A stretch of DNA of 64,000 nt from Octopus sinensis (lineage: Eukaryota). This document shows positions 38,951 through 52,132 of this stretch, piece after piece. The first letter of the stretch is position 1. The number at the start of each line of letters is the position of its first letter. Position numbers and translations under genes: made by a program. The stretch lies in contig NC_043010.1 of assembly GCF_006345805.1 (NCBI RefSeq), forward strand, positions 13,082,001 through 13,146,000. Reading direction: 5' to 3'. The notes under the pieces were generated by a model that was not told the origin of the DNA, did not search any database, and saw only the letters and a list, made by a program, of their open reading frames with translations.

Positions 38951-39420
38951 TGTCATCGTCATCATCGTCGTTGTCATCATCATCATTGTTGTCATCGTTG
39001 CTGTCATCATCATCATCACTATCATCACTATCATCATCATCATCATCTATCATTGTCATCATTGTCGTTGTCATCATCATCATTGTTGTCATCGTTGCTG
39101 TCATCATCATCATCACTATCATCACTATCATCATCAACATCATCATTTTCATCATTTAATGTCCGCTTTCCATGCTGGCAAAGGTTGGACAGTTTAACAT
39201 GAGTTGGCCAGGTGGAGAGCTGCTCAGGCTCCAATTCTGTTTTGGAATGGTTTCTTTGACTGGATGCCCTTTCTGATGCCAGCCACTGTACAGAGTAAAC
39301 TAAGTGCTTTCTTTGTGGCACCAGCACCACACCAATGCTTTATACTTGGCATGTGCATAGGTGCATTTTATGTGACACCAACACGTGCATAGGTGCTTTT
39401 TGCGTGACACCAGCACAGGT
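38925..39420 (-). mobile_element. Old RTE tail with expanded (CAT/CGT)n
   Basis: tttaatgtccgctttccatgct motif after a ~230-bp trinucleotide tract. Confidence 0.7.
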
Positions 39421-39616
39421 GTGTTTTACATGCTTTTTTAGATGTTTTTGTCACTGAGTGGTTTGGCAAAAGCGGCTGATAGAATGAGTACCAGGCTTTA
39501 AAAAAATAAGCACTGGAGTCAATTCATTCTCCAGTCAACTAAAAATTCTTCAAGGCAGTGCCCCAGCATGGCCGCAGTCTAATGACTGAAACAAGTAAAA
39601 GATAGAAGATATACAT

Positions 39617-39711
<95 letters not shown>

Positions 39712-39713
<2 letters not shown>

Positions 39714-39940
39714 AATAAGGATAAGATCGTTAATTTAAAAATAAAATAACGATTTTATCAAGTGGTCAGCATGGGAAAAATAACCTTCAAAAGTAATAAT
39801 TATTAAAATTATAAATTAGGGTATATACGAGATACCACCATGCTGAAAATAGCAGCCATGAACTGACTCTAAAACTCTAAAAGCCATGGCTGCTATTTTC
39901 AGCATGGTGGGTGGTATCTCATAGATACCCTAATTTATAA

Positions 39941-39947
<7 letters not shown>
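39712..39947. mobile_element. Fold-back element, family H5
   Basis: Arms 39802-39859/39883-39947 plus one-sided tail. Confidence 0.7.
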
Positions 39948-40000
<53 letters not shown>

Positions 40001-40832
40001 AGGGAGAAAAATCTTGATATTGGTGCTCTAGAATAAATAACATTGGTCCATCAACTTTGTACCATTATGTAAATGAGCTGTGTCAACCACAAGTCTCGAT
40101 AACATTTTAATAAATGCATTTCTGCTACTATCATCATCCTTAGTTTGGAAGGGAGAAAAGAGCAAATTGTTAGATTACTATGAAGCTAATTGATTCAGTT
40201 TTTATCCCCAGCAACTGAAAAATGCCTTCTTGGGCCTGAATTTCACAATAATACCAAACACATATGAATATTTTTCCTTATATTTCTTTTCTTTATAATC
40301 CATGCTATACTGGTAGTCTAGTACTCTAATACTAACGTATTGTACTGGTACTAGTACTATAGTCCTGTATCAATACTTTAGTGCTCCAGTACTGAATCGG
40401 TGCCCGAGCACTAGAGTAATGTATTGATAGTGTAGTATCAATACAATGCAAGGGAGATAAATCTTGATGATAGTTTCATACTTTCAGTTCTTTGGAGAAC
40501 AGAAAACTTAGAAACCATAAGTTCATTTCATTTCCTTTTAATTGTGTCAAGCCCATGTCATTAGGCTTAGTTCTCTGAATATCAATTCTCAAGGGAGAAA
40601 CAGAACTCTCTCTTCCTTTCTCTCAAACAAAGAACAAGAATTTAAAATGCTAGCGTCTTCACTCCTCATTGATCAACCTCTTCTACAAACTCTCACATGA
40701 ACTGATTGTCGCCAACATTGACCTTCGGCCAGTTTACTCCAATTCTGGATTTTAGGCCTCATTATTTTAGATTAGTGGAGGGTAACATAGTAAGGGAATC
40801 TGTTTGGCTCCAATATATTATGGCACTGAAGG

Positions 40833-41100
40833 CAGCGAGCTGGCAGAAATGTTAGCTAAAGGCGGCGAGCTGGCAGAAACGTTAGCAGGCCGGGTGAAAT
40901 GCGTAGCCGTATTTCATCTGCCATTACATTCTGGGTTCAAATTCCGCCGAGGTCGACTTTGCCTTTCATCCTTTCAGGGTCGATTAAATAAGTACCAGTT
41001 ACGCACTGGGGTCGATGTAATCGACTTAATCCGTTTGTCTGTCCTTGTTTGTCCCCTTTGTGTTTAGCCCCTTGTGGGTAGTAAAGAAAGAAAGAAAGAA
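40833..41100 (+). mobile_element. SINE family B with duplicated head
   Basis: ggc(a/g)gcgagctggcagaaa twice. Confidence 0.88.
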
Positions 41101-42707
41101 ATATATCATGGCACCAGTGGTGTATGGTGGGTGTGCTGCCATACCCAGTGCCACCAAATTTCAAGCAGGAGTATAACACAAGTTTTCCATTAAGATTTGT
41201 GATTAAATTAATGAGTAAGGTTAACATTTATAATGAATTTGCTATTTTCAATAGGTGTGCAGCACACACCTAGCACACCTGGAAATATGCTCCTCCATGG
41301 AACATACTTTACAACACTAAAGTGAAAAAATGTTAAATTACAATTTATTTTTTATTTGTGTCTATACTTTATTTTATTGATGCCAAAAAGAAGAATGGCA
41401 GAGTAAACTTTGGCAAGATTTGAATTCAGTGTTTAAAAGTTCATAAAACTAAATATTGCAAGGCATTTTGCCTGACACTCTAATAATCCTGCTAGTCTGC
41501 AAACATTACTAAGTATTTTCATCTGTCTTTACATTCTGAGTTCAAATCCCACCGAGGTCGACTTTGCCTGTCATCCTTTCGAGGTCAATAAATTAAATAC
41601 CAGTTGCATATTGGGGTCGATCTAACTGACTGGTCCCTTCCCCAAAAATTTTGGGCCTTGTGCCTTGTGGTGCACCTGAGCACTGTATACAATAATTTCA
41701 TTATATTATAAAAGAATTCTTCGGGCCTTGTGCCTAAAGTAGAAAAGAATACTTAAGTCAGGTGGATTTCTTATATTAGCACAAGGTAATAAGACTTTTG
41801 TTACCACCACAAGATCTAGTCCTTGCAACAGTGTTCTGGCTTGTGAGCCTCAATGGCTTTGAAAGCTATGGCAGCAGAACACAAGCCCCAAATAGGGCCT
41901 CCCATACTGAGCAGGTTAAAGGATGGAAACCAGAACAATATAGACCACTTCTTCTCAGAGATAAAATGCTTAGCGGTGTTTCATCTGACTTTATGTTCTA
42001 AGTTCAAATTCCGTTGAGGTCAACTTTGCCTTTCATCGTTTCAGGATCGATAAATTAAGTACCAGCTGCATACTAGGGTTGATCTAATTGACTGACCTCC
42101 TCCCCCAAAATTTCAGGCCTTGTACCTTGAGTAGAAAAGAATATTTATATCAACACTAAGGTGGCAAGCTGGAAGAATCATTAGCACACCAGGCAAAATG
42201 TTTAGTGGTATTTCATCTGTCTTTACGTTCTGAGTTCAGATTCTGCTAACACACATACTCAGATAAAAAATTATGTTGCAAGAGTGTAAATGACAATCCC
42301 AAACAAACAAAACTTAGAACAGTGGAGAACGGAGAAAAGTTATCATTGGCCAATGCACTGCAAAGAGTGAAGGGTTTACATGAAATCAAATAAATAATGC
42401 TTTTGGAAACAAAATATAAGGAAATAATCTATTAAACAATTGAAAAATGAAAGACTCCAACTGGTTTTCTAAGACTCTACTTTCAATATATTTACTGGAA
42501 GAATGAAAGGCAAAGTCCACTTTGGTGAGTTTCAAACTTACAATGTAAGGGGACATAACAAAAATACTGAAAGGCATAATGATAATTTGATATTAATTAC
42601 TGTCAAGGACACAGTATTTCATTTTACATCCAGCATACACTTCCAAGCATATCACAGGTCTACAAGTCAAAATTGTGTCTCCTGTGTTAGAAGGGCGATA
42701 TTCTTAC

Positions 42708-42817
42708 TTTTAAATTTCTCTCTCTAGATTGTCTAAAGAATTCATAGTCAGTATTGCAGAACATCATAACTTGCAGTGAAGGTTCAGAGAGTTCGATATA
42801 AAATTTATGGAGATAAA
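42708..42817 (-). CDS. Candidate 110-nt exon (YLHKFYIELSEPSLQVMMFCNTDYEFFRQSRERNLK)
   Basis: cccacttttaag acceptor and aaa|gtaaga donor; open in phase 1-0. Confidence 0.3.
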
Positions 42818-43121
42818 CTTAAAAGTGGGAATAACAATTTTCTACATAGGCTGAATGATAGAAATTTGGCAGGGAAGGAACAATCAATCAAGTCAAATCC
42901 AGTATTTGACTGGTTCTTTATTTCATCAACCCTTGCAGTATAAAATGCTAAGTTGGCTTCAGTGGGGTTTGAACTCAAAATAACTTAACTAAATGCTGCA
43001 AAGCACTATTCTACAAATTCTGCTTTTATATTTGAGAAGAGTGAAACAATAAGTTATGAATTCCTTAAACCATTTTTTCAACCAAGTACGTTGCTAATGT
43101 AAAACAGATATCCTGATGTTA

Positions 43122-44790
43122 TGAAGTTGTCTCCCTTGACTCTTGCTCTCCACTTCAAGATTTTCTGCCATTCTGTTAAGTTTCATTCCTTGTTTGATGA
43201 TTATGTCAAATACTACTTCCAAGATTATCATTTATATAGCTATGCCCCTCTCTATTTGACAAATATATATTTGATAAATACATACTGTCAACCAAGGAGG
43301 ACAAAGAGAAAATACAGGGTTTGATATAACCGTTAACAAGAAGGGTATCATGCTAAAATTACCTCACATAGTTTGGACACAGGAATACAAGATATAATGA
43401 TGCATGCAATTAATAATACAATATAATGAAATTATTGTATACAGTGCTCAGGTGCACCACAACTTGTCAAACGTGCATATAAAGTATATCATATTATATT
43501 ATATTATATTATATTATATCATATTATATTATATTATATTATATTATATTATATTATATCATATTATGCAATTAAATAGCTAAAACTATTTGCTGAAAAC
43601 AAACACAAGGCTGGTAATTTTTATTATTCTTTTCAGTCAATTGATTACCCTAAATTGGCACTTATCTTAATCAGTCCTAAGATGACAAAAGGCAAAGTTG
43701 ACTTCAATGGGATTTGAACTCAGAACACAGAGATCGGAATAGATATCATGAGACATTGTATCTGATGCCATAGCAACACTGCCAGTTAAACACCTAAATG
43801 CAAAGTCTTGATAGATAATTGTTTTTCATTCATCCAGTGAAGTAAATTCTTCATAATTTCCCGTAGTTTAAATTGTCTTTTATTTTTATCATTTATCATT
43901 TCCTTGCTTTAGTCATTAGACTGAAGCCATGCTGGAGCACCACCTTGAAAGATGTGGTCAAACAAATTGACCCCATTACTTACTATTTTTAAGTATTTAG
44001 GTGTTTAACTGGCAGGGTTGCTATGGTATCTGACACAATGTCTCATGATATCTATTCCGATCTCTGTGTTCTGAGTTCAAATCCCATTGAAGTCAACTTT
44101 GCCTTTTGTCATCTTAGGACTGATTAAAATAAGCGCCAATTTAGGGTAATCAATTGACTGAAAAGAATAATAAAAATTACCGGCCTTGTGTGTTTATTTT
44201 CAGCAAATAGATTTAGCTATTTAATTGCATAACCGTACATATCTCTATGAGAGATTTAGAAATTTAATATTTATAATATAATATAATATAATATAATATG
44301 ATATAATATAATATAATATAATATAATATAATATAATATAATATAATATGATATAATATAATATAATATAATATAATATAATATATATGATATAATATAA
44401 TATAATATAATATAATATGATATAATATAATATAATATAATATACTTTATACGCACATTTGACAAGTTGTGGTGCACCTGAGCACTGTATACAATAATCT
44501 CATTATATTATATTATTAATTGCATGCAGCATTGTATCTTGTATTCCTGTGTCCAAACTATGTGAGGTAATTTTAGCATGATACCCTTCTTGTTAACGGT
44601 TATATCAAACTCAATATTTTCTCTTTGTCCTGCCTGGTTGACATTATGTATTTGTCAAATATATATTTGTCAAATAGAGAGGGGCATAGCTACATAAATG
44701 ATAATCTTGGAAGTAGTATTTGACATAAGCATCAAACAATGAAGGAACTTAACAGAAGTGGAGAACAAGAGTCAAGGGAGACAACATTCA
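43122..44790. repeat. Inverted duplication: arms 43122-43799 and 43995-44790, 195-bp spacer
   Basis: Colinear inverted match across unique DNA, a CR1 tail, (ATATT)n and a decayed SINE B. Confidence 0.95.
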
Positions 44791-45826
44791 ATCAGTCTCT
44801 TTTGCCAAACCACTAAGTTATCAGTACATAAACACCAATACTAGTTATCATGTGATGGTGGAGAACCAACCCAAAGATACACACCAATGATCACAAGTTC
44901 AACACTCCCAACCACTAGGTCATAGGCCTTCACATCCCTCGCATCACCTCCAATAGGTTCCAACAATATTCCCCTTTAACTTTTACCCATGATAGTCTCT
45001 CACAAATATTCTAAAAAAGAAAGATAAAGAATACAGTAAATTCTTCAATTACTAAAATTTCAAATCCAAACAAGCTGGAATGTGTTGTAAGCAAAGAGCA
45101 ATTACTTGAAATTAAAAATGAATAATAATTAGATAAAATATTCAAAATACTATAGAGAAATTTTTTTGTTTTTTTTTTAAAGTGTTATGTAAAACCAAGC
45201 AGGATTAACGACAACACCAAAAGTTCACACATTTCGCCAGATACTTAATGGCTGGAATAATCTTTTATGAGGATAATCTAGTGCTTAGGATATACAAAGA
45301 AAAATTTTAAACTAATAGTAACTTTCTATTTAAAAAAAAAAAATAAACAAGTGATGATGTGAAGTGCCTTATTGAAACTCCCGAGTTTCATAATGCTAAG
45401 GAATTTATTTGAAATTTCTCTAGAAAATATATTTACACAAATATGAATGTAATTCTCTTAAGAGAGTGATATGAATATTTGAAAGGTACTGTCAAGTAAT
45501 CATCATCATCATCATCATCATTTAGCGTCCGCTTTCCATGCTAGCATGGGTTGGACGGTTCAACTGGGGTCTGGGAAGCCAGAAGGCTGCACCAGGCCCA
45601 GTCTGATCTGGCAGTGTTTATCTTTATAATAATTGTTTCTACTCTAGGTACAAGGTCTGAAATTTTGAGGGAGGGTCCAGTCAATTAGATCGACTCCATT
45701 ATACAACTGGTACTTAATTTATCGACCCTGAAAGGATGAAAGGCAAGCTTTTTAATAGCCTGTTGGCTCACCACCAAGGATAATATCTTTGGAGTGTATG
45801 TTTTGGATTAACCAATGTGGTGAAAG

Positions 45827-46125
45827 CAGTGCCGGATTTTGGACAAATGCGGCCCTGTGCTAATTAAGTTATGAGGCCCCTTACTTTGGGACTCCTCTAC
45901 TTATGAAGGCCCTTCATTGGCCCCTTTATGTTAAATAACGTGTAAAAGAGTTTGCATTATTAATTTCATTTTTACAACTTTTAGAAAAAACATCTGAATT
46001 TGAATGTTTGACATTTGAAAAATTCTTCCTAAAAATTTGGTGAGAGGCAGGAAAATGGCCCACTGCCCCAATCAACAGAGTCCTGTGCTTAAGCACACCT
46101 AAGCACAATGGTAAATCTGGCACTG
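45827..46125. mobile_element. hAT-type MITE
   Basis: cagtgccggattt / aaatctggcactg TIRs; flanks ggtgaaag/tgtgcaag (6 of 8 match). Confidence 0.75.
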
Positions 46126-46142
46126 TGTGCAAGTCATCTGTT

Positions 46143-46372
46143 TTGACCCTTTAGTGTTTAAACTGGCCAAATCTGGCCCAATATATTCTACATATTTTAT
46201 ATTCAAACTGGCCATATCTAGCCTCTCACACCTAACCTACAATGCCATTCTAAAAATAAACAATCACATCACTGAAACCTCAAAGCTATAAGATAATGCA
46301 AGATTAATTCAAAACAATTTAAATAAAAAAAGCATTACATTTAACAAAGTAATCTGAACACTAAAGGGTTAA
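46143..46372. mobile_element. piggyBac-like MITE
   Basis: Homologue of 27557-27786. Confidence 0.85.
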
Positions 46373-46716
46373 AGCAATATGGTTTGGTCAGCAACTGAAC
46401 TATTGTTGTAATGTTGGTTCACAAAAATCATACCACTTTATTTCAGTACTTGAACTACACGATTATAAATCAATGTTATTTGTCCATGAGGTCTGTAATG
46501 GGGCACTAGGCTTACATATTGGAGAGATGTCTAAAGTTTATGTTTTGCAGTAAATAAATATTACTGATATTGCTGTATTTCAGGATGGTCATTTATTTAT
46601 ATACTTTTTTTACACCAAATAAACATACACACTATATATTCATTCTTCACTCATTTTTTTACCATTCTTATTCTAACTCATACCTATTGTCCAGAAATCT
46701 TTTTTGTTACACATTT

Positions 46717-47146
46717 GGGATCTTTTCGGTTTGAACGGCAGTTTTTTAAGATAATTTCCACGTAACTAAACACTTTTAAACTTCATATACTGGTAGAATG
46801 TGATTATAAAACATCTTTTTCTCTTGGCTTTATTGAGAAAATTCTATATTTTGTAAGATTTTTGTTGTTTTTTTTTCTTGAATTTCTGCAATTTCAACCA
46901 ATCAATGATGTCAATTGAGGTAAAAAACATTCTGCGCCATATGAATATGTCCCTCGTTTAAGAAACAGATTGGGTTTATTTACATTTGTTAAGAAAAAAA
47001 GATACCCTTCCCCCACCCCTAACCCTAACTAACCCTAACCCTAAAACAGATTGAAATGCAATAGATCGATACTAGGGTCATAATTATGGGTGACAATTTC
47101 AAATGACACCGCTAGAAAAAACTGCCATTCAAACCGAAAAGATCCC
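46717..47146. mobile_element. GGG-TIR MITE, 6-bp TSD acattt
   Basis: gggatcttttcggtttgaacggcagttt TIR; internal taaccc repeats. Confidence 0.92.
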
Positions 47147-47394
47147 ACATTTGTGACCTCTTCAGTGACACTTTCCATCTTTGTGTGTGCTCTTGCTCGG
47201 CTTAGCCCTTTCTGTTCTATGATGTGTATCCTTATATGCACATACTGAATATTTGTAATAATCTCTAGTACACTCTCTGTACAATGTCTACCTATTTCAT
47301 AATATCTTCACTATTTGCAAACATAGCATAATTTTAGACATAGCATATACTATTATAATATCTTATAATATTTATATCACCTTTATATTAGGTG

Positions 47395-48030
47395 GTAAGC
47401 TGGCAGAAATGTTAGCATGCCTGGTATCTGTCTTTATGTTCTAAATTCAAATTCCGTTGAGGTCAACTTCGCCTTTCATCGTTTCAGGGTCGATAAATTG
47501 AGTACCAGCTGCATACTGGGGTCGATCTAATTGACTGGCCCCCTTCCCCCAAAAAATTTCGGGCCTTGTACCTTGAGTAGAAAAGAATATTTATATCAAC
47601 ACTAAGGTGGCAGGCTGGCAGAATCATTAGCACACCAGGCAAAATGTTTAGTGGTATTTCATCTGTCTTTACGTTCTGAGTTCAAATTCTGCTGAGGCTG
47701 ACTTTGGCTTTCATCTTTTCAAGGTCGATAAAACAAGTACTATTTGAGTGCTGGGGTCAATTACATCGACTTAGCCCCTCACCCAAATATTGCTGTTCTT
47801 GTGCCAAAATTTGAAACCACTAAGGCGATGAGTTGGCAGGCTTCATTAGCAGATGGGGCAAATTGCTTAGTGGCATTTCATTCGTCTTTACATTCTGAGT
47901 TAAAATTCTGCCAAAGTGGACTTTGCCTTTTATTCTTTCACAGATGATAAAATAGATACCAGTCAACCCTAGATTTGATGTAATCGACATGTCCCCTTCC
48001 TGAAATTGCTGGCATTGTGCCAAAATTTGA
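47395..48030 (+). mobile_element. Head-to-tail cluster of SINE B variants
   Basis: At least three consecutive monomers. Confidence 0.8.
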
Positions 48031-48457
48031 AATCAATATCTATATCAGTACTGTAGTTTGATTGATTAGATCAAGTATGCTACTAATACATGGATAAGAA
48101 GTATAGATGATGAGAAGGCAAGTGCCTTTGATTTAGAACTAAAAACAAAGGCCTCTGGTTCTATTTCGGTCAAGAACTATATACATATAGAGAAATAAAA
48201 CACCTGATGATCATCATAAATCTGATATACCCTCTTGGCAAATTATGACGCTTTCATACAATCTCTACTATATTTAAGCATAGCGTAATTTTTAAACAAT
48301 GCACATACTATAATAGTCTTGTTTTGTTAGTATTTATATCAGTAGTATGTTTTATCACGTATGCTAGTGATGCATGCACCAGTGGTATAAGTTATAAGAA
48401 GGTTTACTACCCTTGGTTTATAACAGACATAGTCAAATCTTTTGAGAAAGATGCCAT

Positions 48458-48792
48458 ATGAGGCATGGCTTATCATTAGGCCAGCCACACTATAAAAAAA
48501 AATTGAGGGTAGTTTCTTATTAGGCATCAGAAGGTCCTGCAGGTCACAAGTTGTCTAAGACTCATTTGGAAACAGAAAAAAAGTTCTCAGTTCTAATCCA
48601 GCCAAGTACTGTGTATGCATCCACATGAGGCATGGCTTATCATTAGGCCAGCCACACTACTAAAAAAAAATTTGAAGGTAGTTTCTTATTAAGCATCAGA
48701 AGGTCCTACAGGTCACAAGTTGTCCATGACTGATTTGGAAACAGAACAAAAGTTCTTGGTTCTAATCCAGCCAAGTACTGCATATGCATCCA
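48458..48792. repeat. Tandem duplication, 2 x ~167 bp
   Basis: Units start at 48458 and 48625 (atgaggcatggcttatcattagg). Confidence 0.93.
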
Positions 48793-48889
48793 TAAATAAC
48801 AGACTTGATAGTGACTGGTGATCAAACCAAGCAGAATGCCATGTAAATGTAAATATCTGTTTATTGCTAATATGATCATAAGTTTTGAG

Positions 48890-49202
48890 TGGCCCAGTGG
48901 TTAGGGCAGCGGACTCGCGGTCGTAGGATCGCGGTTGTAGGATCGCGGTTTCAATTCCCAGACCGGGCGTTATGAGTGTTTATTGAGCGAAAACACCTAA
49001 AGCTCCACGAGGCTCCGGCAGGGGGTGGTGGCGATCCCTGCTGTACTCTTTCGCCACAACTTTCTCTCACTCTTTCTTCTGTTGGCCTGCTTACTTAGCC
49101 AGTGGGGTGGCATCATTTGAAGGCTAAAACAATGCGTAGCGCATTGTGACCAGCGATGTGTAGCAACATCTGATAACCTGGTCAGTCACGGTGATCACGG
49201 TG
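48890..49202 (+). mobile_element. SINE family C head with alternative tail, 18-bp TSD
   Basis: atgatcataagttttgag at 48872-48889 and 49203-49220. Confidence 0.88.
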
Positions 49203-49628
49203 ATGATCATAAGTTTTGAGGTTATCAAACTCATATTAAATAGTCCTAAAATTTATAATCATATTAGCAATAAATCATTTCAAACGTTTGCAGCATAATG
49301 ATATTTACATCCCAAGTTCAATATCCATATTCAATAACCTTATTTAGTAGCATAATAAGGACGACCCAGGTTCAATATCCACAGTATGAGACCAATATAC
49401 TTCTATACCAGTGAAATCATCATCATCATCATTGTTGTCATCATTATCATTTAATGTCTGGCTTCCATGCTGCTATAGGTTAGATAATTTGTGACAGTCT
49501 GACAAGTCACAGGACTGCAATCATATGTCAATGACTACAGTGGCATGGCTTCTATGACAAGGATGTCCTAGAGGCAAATCGCAAATCTATGTTTTAGTTT
49601 GTTTTGTTTTGGTTTTTATTTTCTATGT

Positions 49629-49990
49629 GGAAGCACTCCGTCGGTTACGACGACGAGGGTTCCGGTTGATCCGAATCAACGGAACAGCCTGCTTGTGAAA
49701 TTAACGTGTAAGTGGCTGAGCACTCCACAGACACGTGTACCCTTAACGTAGTTCTCGGGGATATTCAGCGTGACACAGAGAGTGACAAGGCCGGCCCTTT
49801 GAAATACAGGTACAACAGAAACAGGAAGTAAGAAAGTTGTGGTGAAAGAGTACAGCAGGGATCACCACCATCCCCTGCCGGAGCCTCGTGGAGCTTTAGG
49901 TGTTTTTGGTCAATAAACACTCACAACGCCCGGTCTGGGAATCGAAACCGCGGGTCCGATGCCCTAACCACTGGGCCATTGCACCTCCAC
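49629..49990 (-). mobile_element. SINE family C, 11-bp TSD
   Basis: attttctatgt at 49618-49628 and 49991-50001. Confidence 0.9.
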
Positions 49991-50431
49991 ATTTTCTATG
50001 TAGAAGGCAAATGTCTATAAACATCTTCATTATATATATATCATTCGATATCCTACATTCTTTACTCAGATCCAAATTTTTCCCAAGCAGAATCGGTTAT
50101 TTCCAATAAAACACAAGCTGAAGCTTCCTGGGTTTTTCTTATGAACTCAGCAACCCACCCTACACTCAATTAGCTTCACCACTGATTAGGTCGCTTCATA
50201 ACAGATCTGCTATTTCCAATGATTTACTGATGCATAAGCACTGCCTTTGTGAATGGACTAACTGACCTATCTTTGGTTACAGTTTCACATTATAGAACAT
50301 TCTATTGGAAGGCTGCTTCATACGTGTGTGAGTGTGTAATTGCGTGAGTGTATATTCATGGTATTATTGGAAACATTTCTGTTGATAATGTTTACCTATC
50401 TCTAGCAAAGATCTGAGGTGATAATGCTTAC

Positions 50432-50506
50432 CGTTTTCTTCCATTATTGGTAACTGGATATTGTTATTCTTTGTATTAGACTTTGGCACTTTGGATTATT
50501 TCACTG
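50432..50506 (-). other. Candidate exon; stops in all frames except a terminal ATG GAA GAA AAC G
   Basis: (t)10 cag acceptor (NAGNAG) and acg|gtaagc donor. Confidence 0.3.
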
Positions 50507-50614
50507 CTGAAAAAAAAAAGTTTTCCATGAAAGTACGATTATTGTAGGTGCATCTTCATCTCTTGTAATATAAGTGAATGCATAGGTTTGTAGATTCTAA
50601 ATAAATTATCTAGC

Positions 50615-50645
<31 letters not shown>

Positions 50646-50647
<2 letters not shown>

Positions 50648-50849
50648 CGGAGTAAACACATAAATGTGAAACAAGGCGGAAAAAAGAGTACTCAAATACC
50701 AGTGGTAAAGTAATATGCTTTATTTAAATCAGCAGAAAATTCAACAAAACCTGTTACTCTGAGTTTCACGTTGCCGTTCATCGGACAGTTTTTGCAACGT
50801 GAAACTCAGAGTAACAGATTTTGTTGAATTTTCTGCTGCTTTAAATAAA

Positions 50850-50850
<1 letters not shown>
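50646..50850. mobile_element. Fold-back (Penelope-like) element, family H6
   Basis: 57-bp arms 50718-50774/50794-50850 plus tail, inserted in (TA)n. Confidence 0.8.
50751..50788 (-). ncRNA. Candidate minimal type I hammerhead ribozyme (U4C core variant)
   Basis: CUGU-CCGAUGA-ACG(GCAA)CGU-GAA-ACUC(A)GAGU-A-ACAG: all three stems pair; GUA cleavage triplet. Confidence 0.7.
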
Positions 50851-50906
<56 letters not shown>

Positions 50907-50918
50907 TATACATATACA

Positions 50919-51006
<88 letters not shown>

Positions 51007-51370
51007 TTTATATATATATATATATAATATATATATAAAATATATAATATATATAATATATAATATATATATATGTTATATATAATATATATAATATCCG
51101 TATATATATATGTATGTATGTATGTTGTATGTATGTATGTATGTATGTATGTATGTATGTATGTATGTTTGTATGTATGTATTTATGTATGTAATGTACC
51201 GTTCCATGATAGAAAATTCAACAAAAAAAGTACTCCATCTGGTAGGAGAACTATTATTCATTTAAGGACACAATTCATGTTTGTGTTTGAAGAATGTGTT
51301 TGAGATATTTCTCAACACATGAAGCTAATAGTAGTACTTAAAGATATGCATAGTGTCCTTAAATAAATAA

Positions 51371-51411
<41 letters not shown>

Positions 51412-51538
51412 TAGATAGATAGATAGATAGATCTTTATATATGTATGTATATATGCATGTATTTTTGCAGGCAAGTGTATGTCTGTATGTGTGTGTCTTA
51501 AAGATAAATTGTTTTCTAGATATGCAAATGCATTCATG

Positions 51539-51577
<39 letters not shown>

Positions 51578-51600
51578 ATATGTATATATGTATATATAAT

Positions 51601-51686
<86 letters not shown>

Positions 51687-51859
51687 TATATATCATCATC
51701 ATCATCATCATCATCGGACGTTAAACGATGATGATGATGATGATGATGATATATATATATATATATGTGCTTGCATGTATATTTGTATATATATGTATAT
51801 TTGTATACATGTATGCATGTATGTATGTATGTGTATGTGTGTCTGAATGAATGCCTGGC

Positions 51860-52132
51860 TCATAAAGACCGGTTTCCCGGTTTCTTGGCATATAGGTTCC
51901 CCACCTGGACAGGACGCCGGTCCGTCGCAGGTGAGCTGCAAGATGCAGGGGGAAAGAGTGAGAGAAAGTTGTGGTGAAAGAGTCAGCAGAAGTTCACCAT
52001 TACCTTCTGCTGGAGCCGCGTGGAGCTTAGTGTTTTCACTCATAAACACACGCATCGTCCAGTCTGAGATTCGAACCCGCGATCCCTCGACCGCGAGTCC
52101 GCTGTTCTAACCACTAGGCCATGTGCCTCCAC
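51860..52132 (-). mobile_element. SINE family C head with C' tail
   Basis: Matches 55085-55375 and ~15003-15305. Confidence 0.88.

Noticed and set aside
38672-39330. Poly-His/Asp/Ser ORFs (also 52269-52623)
   Set aside because: These are expanded (CAT)n tails of RTE elements.
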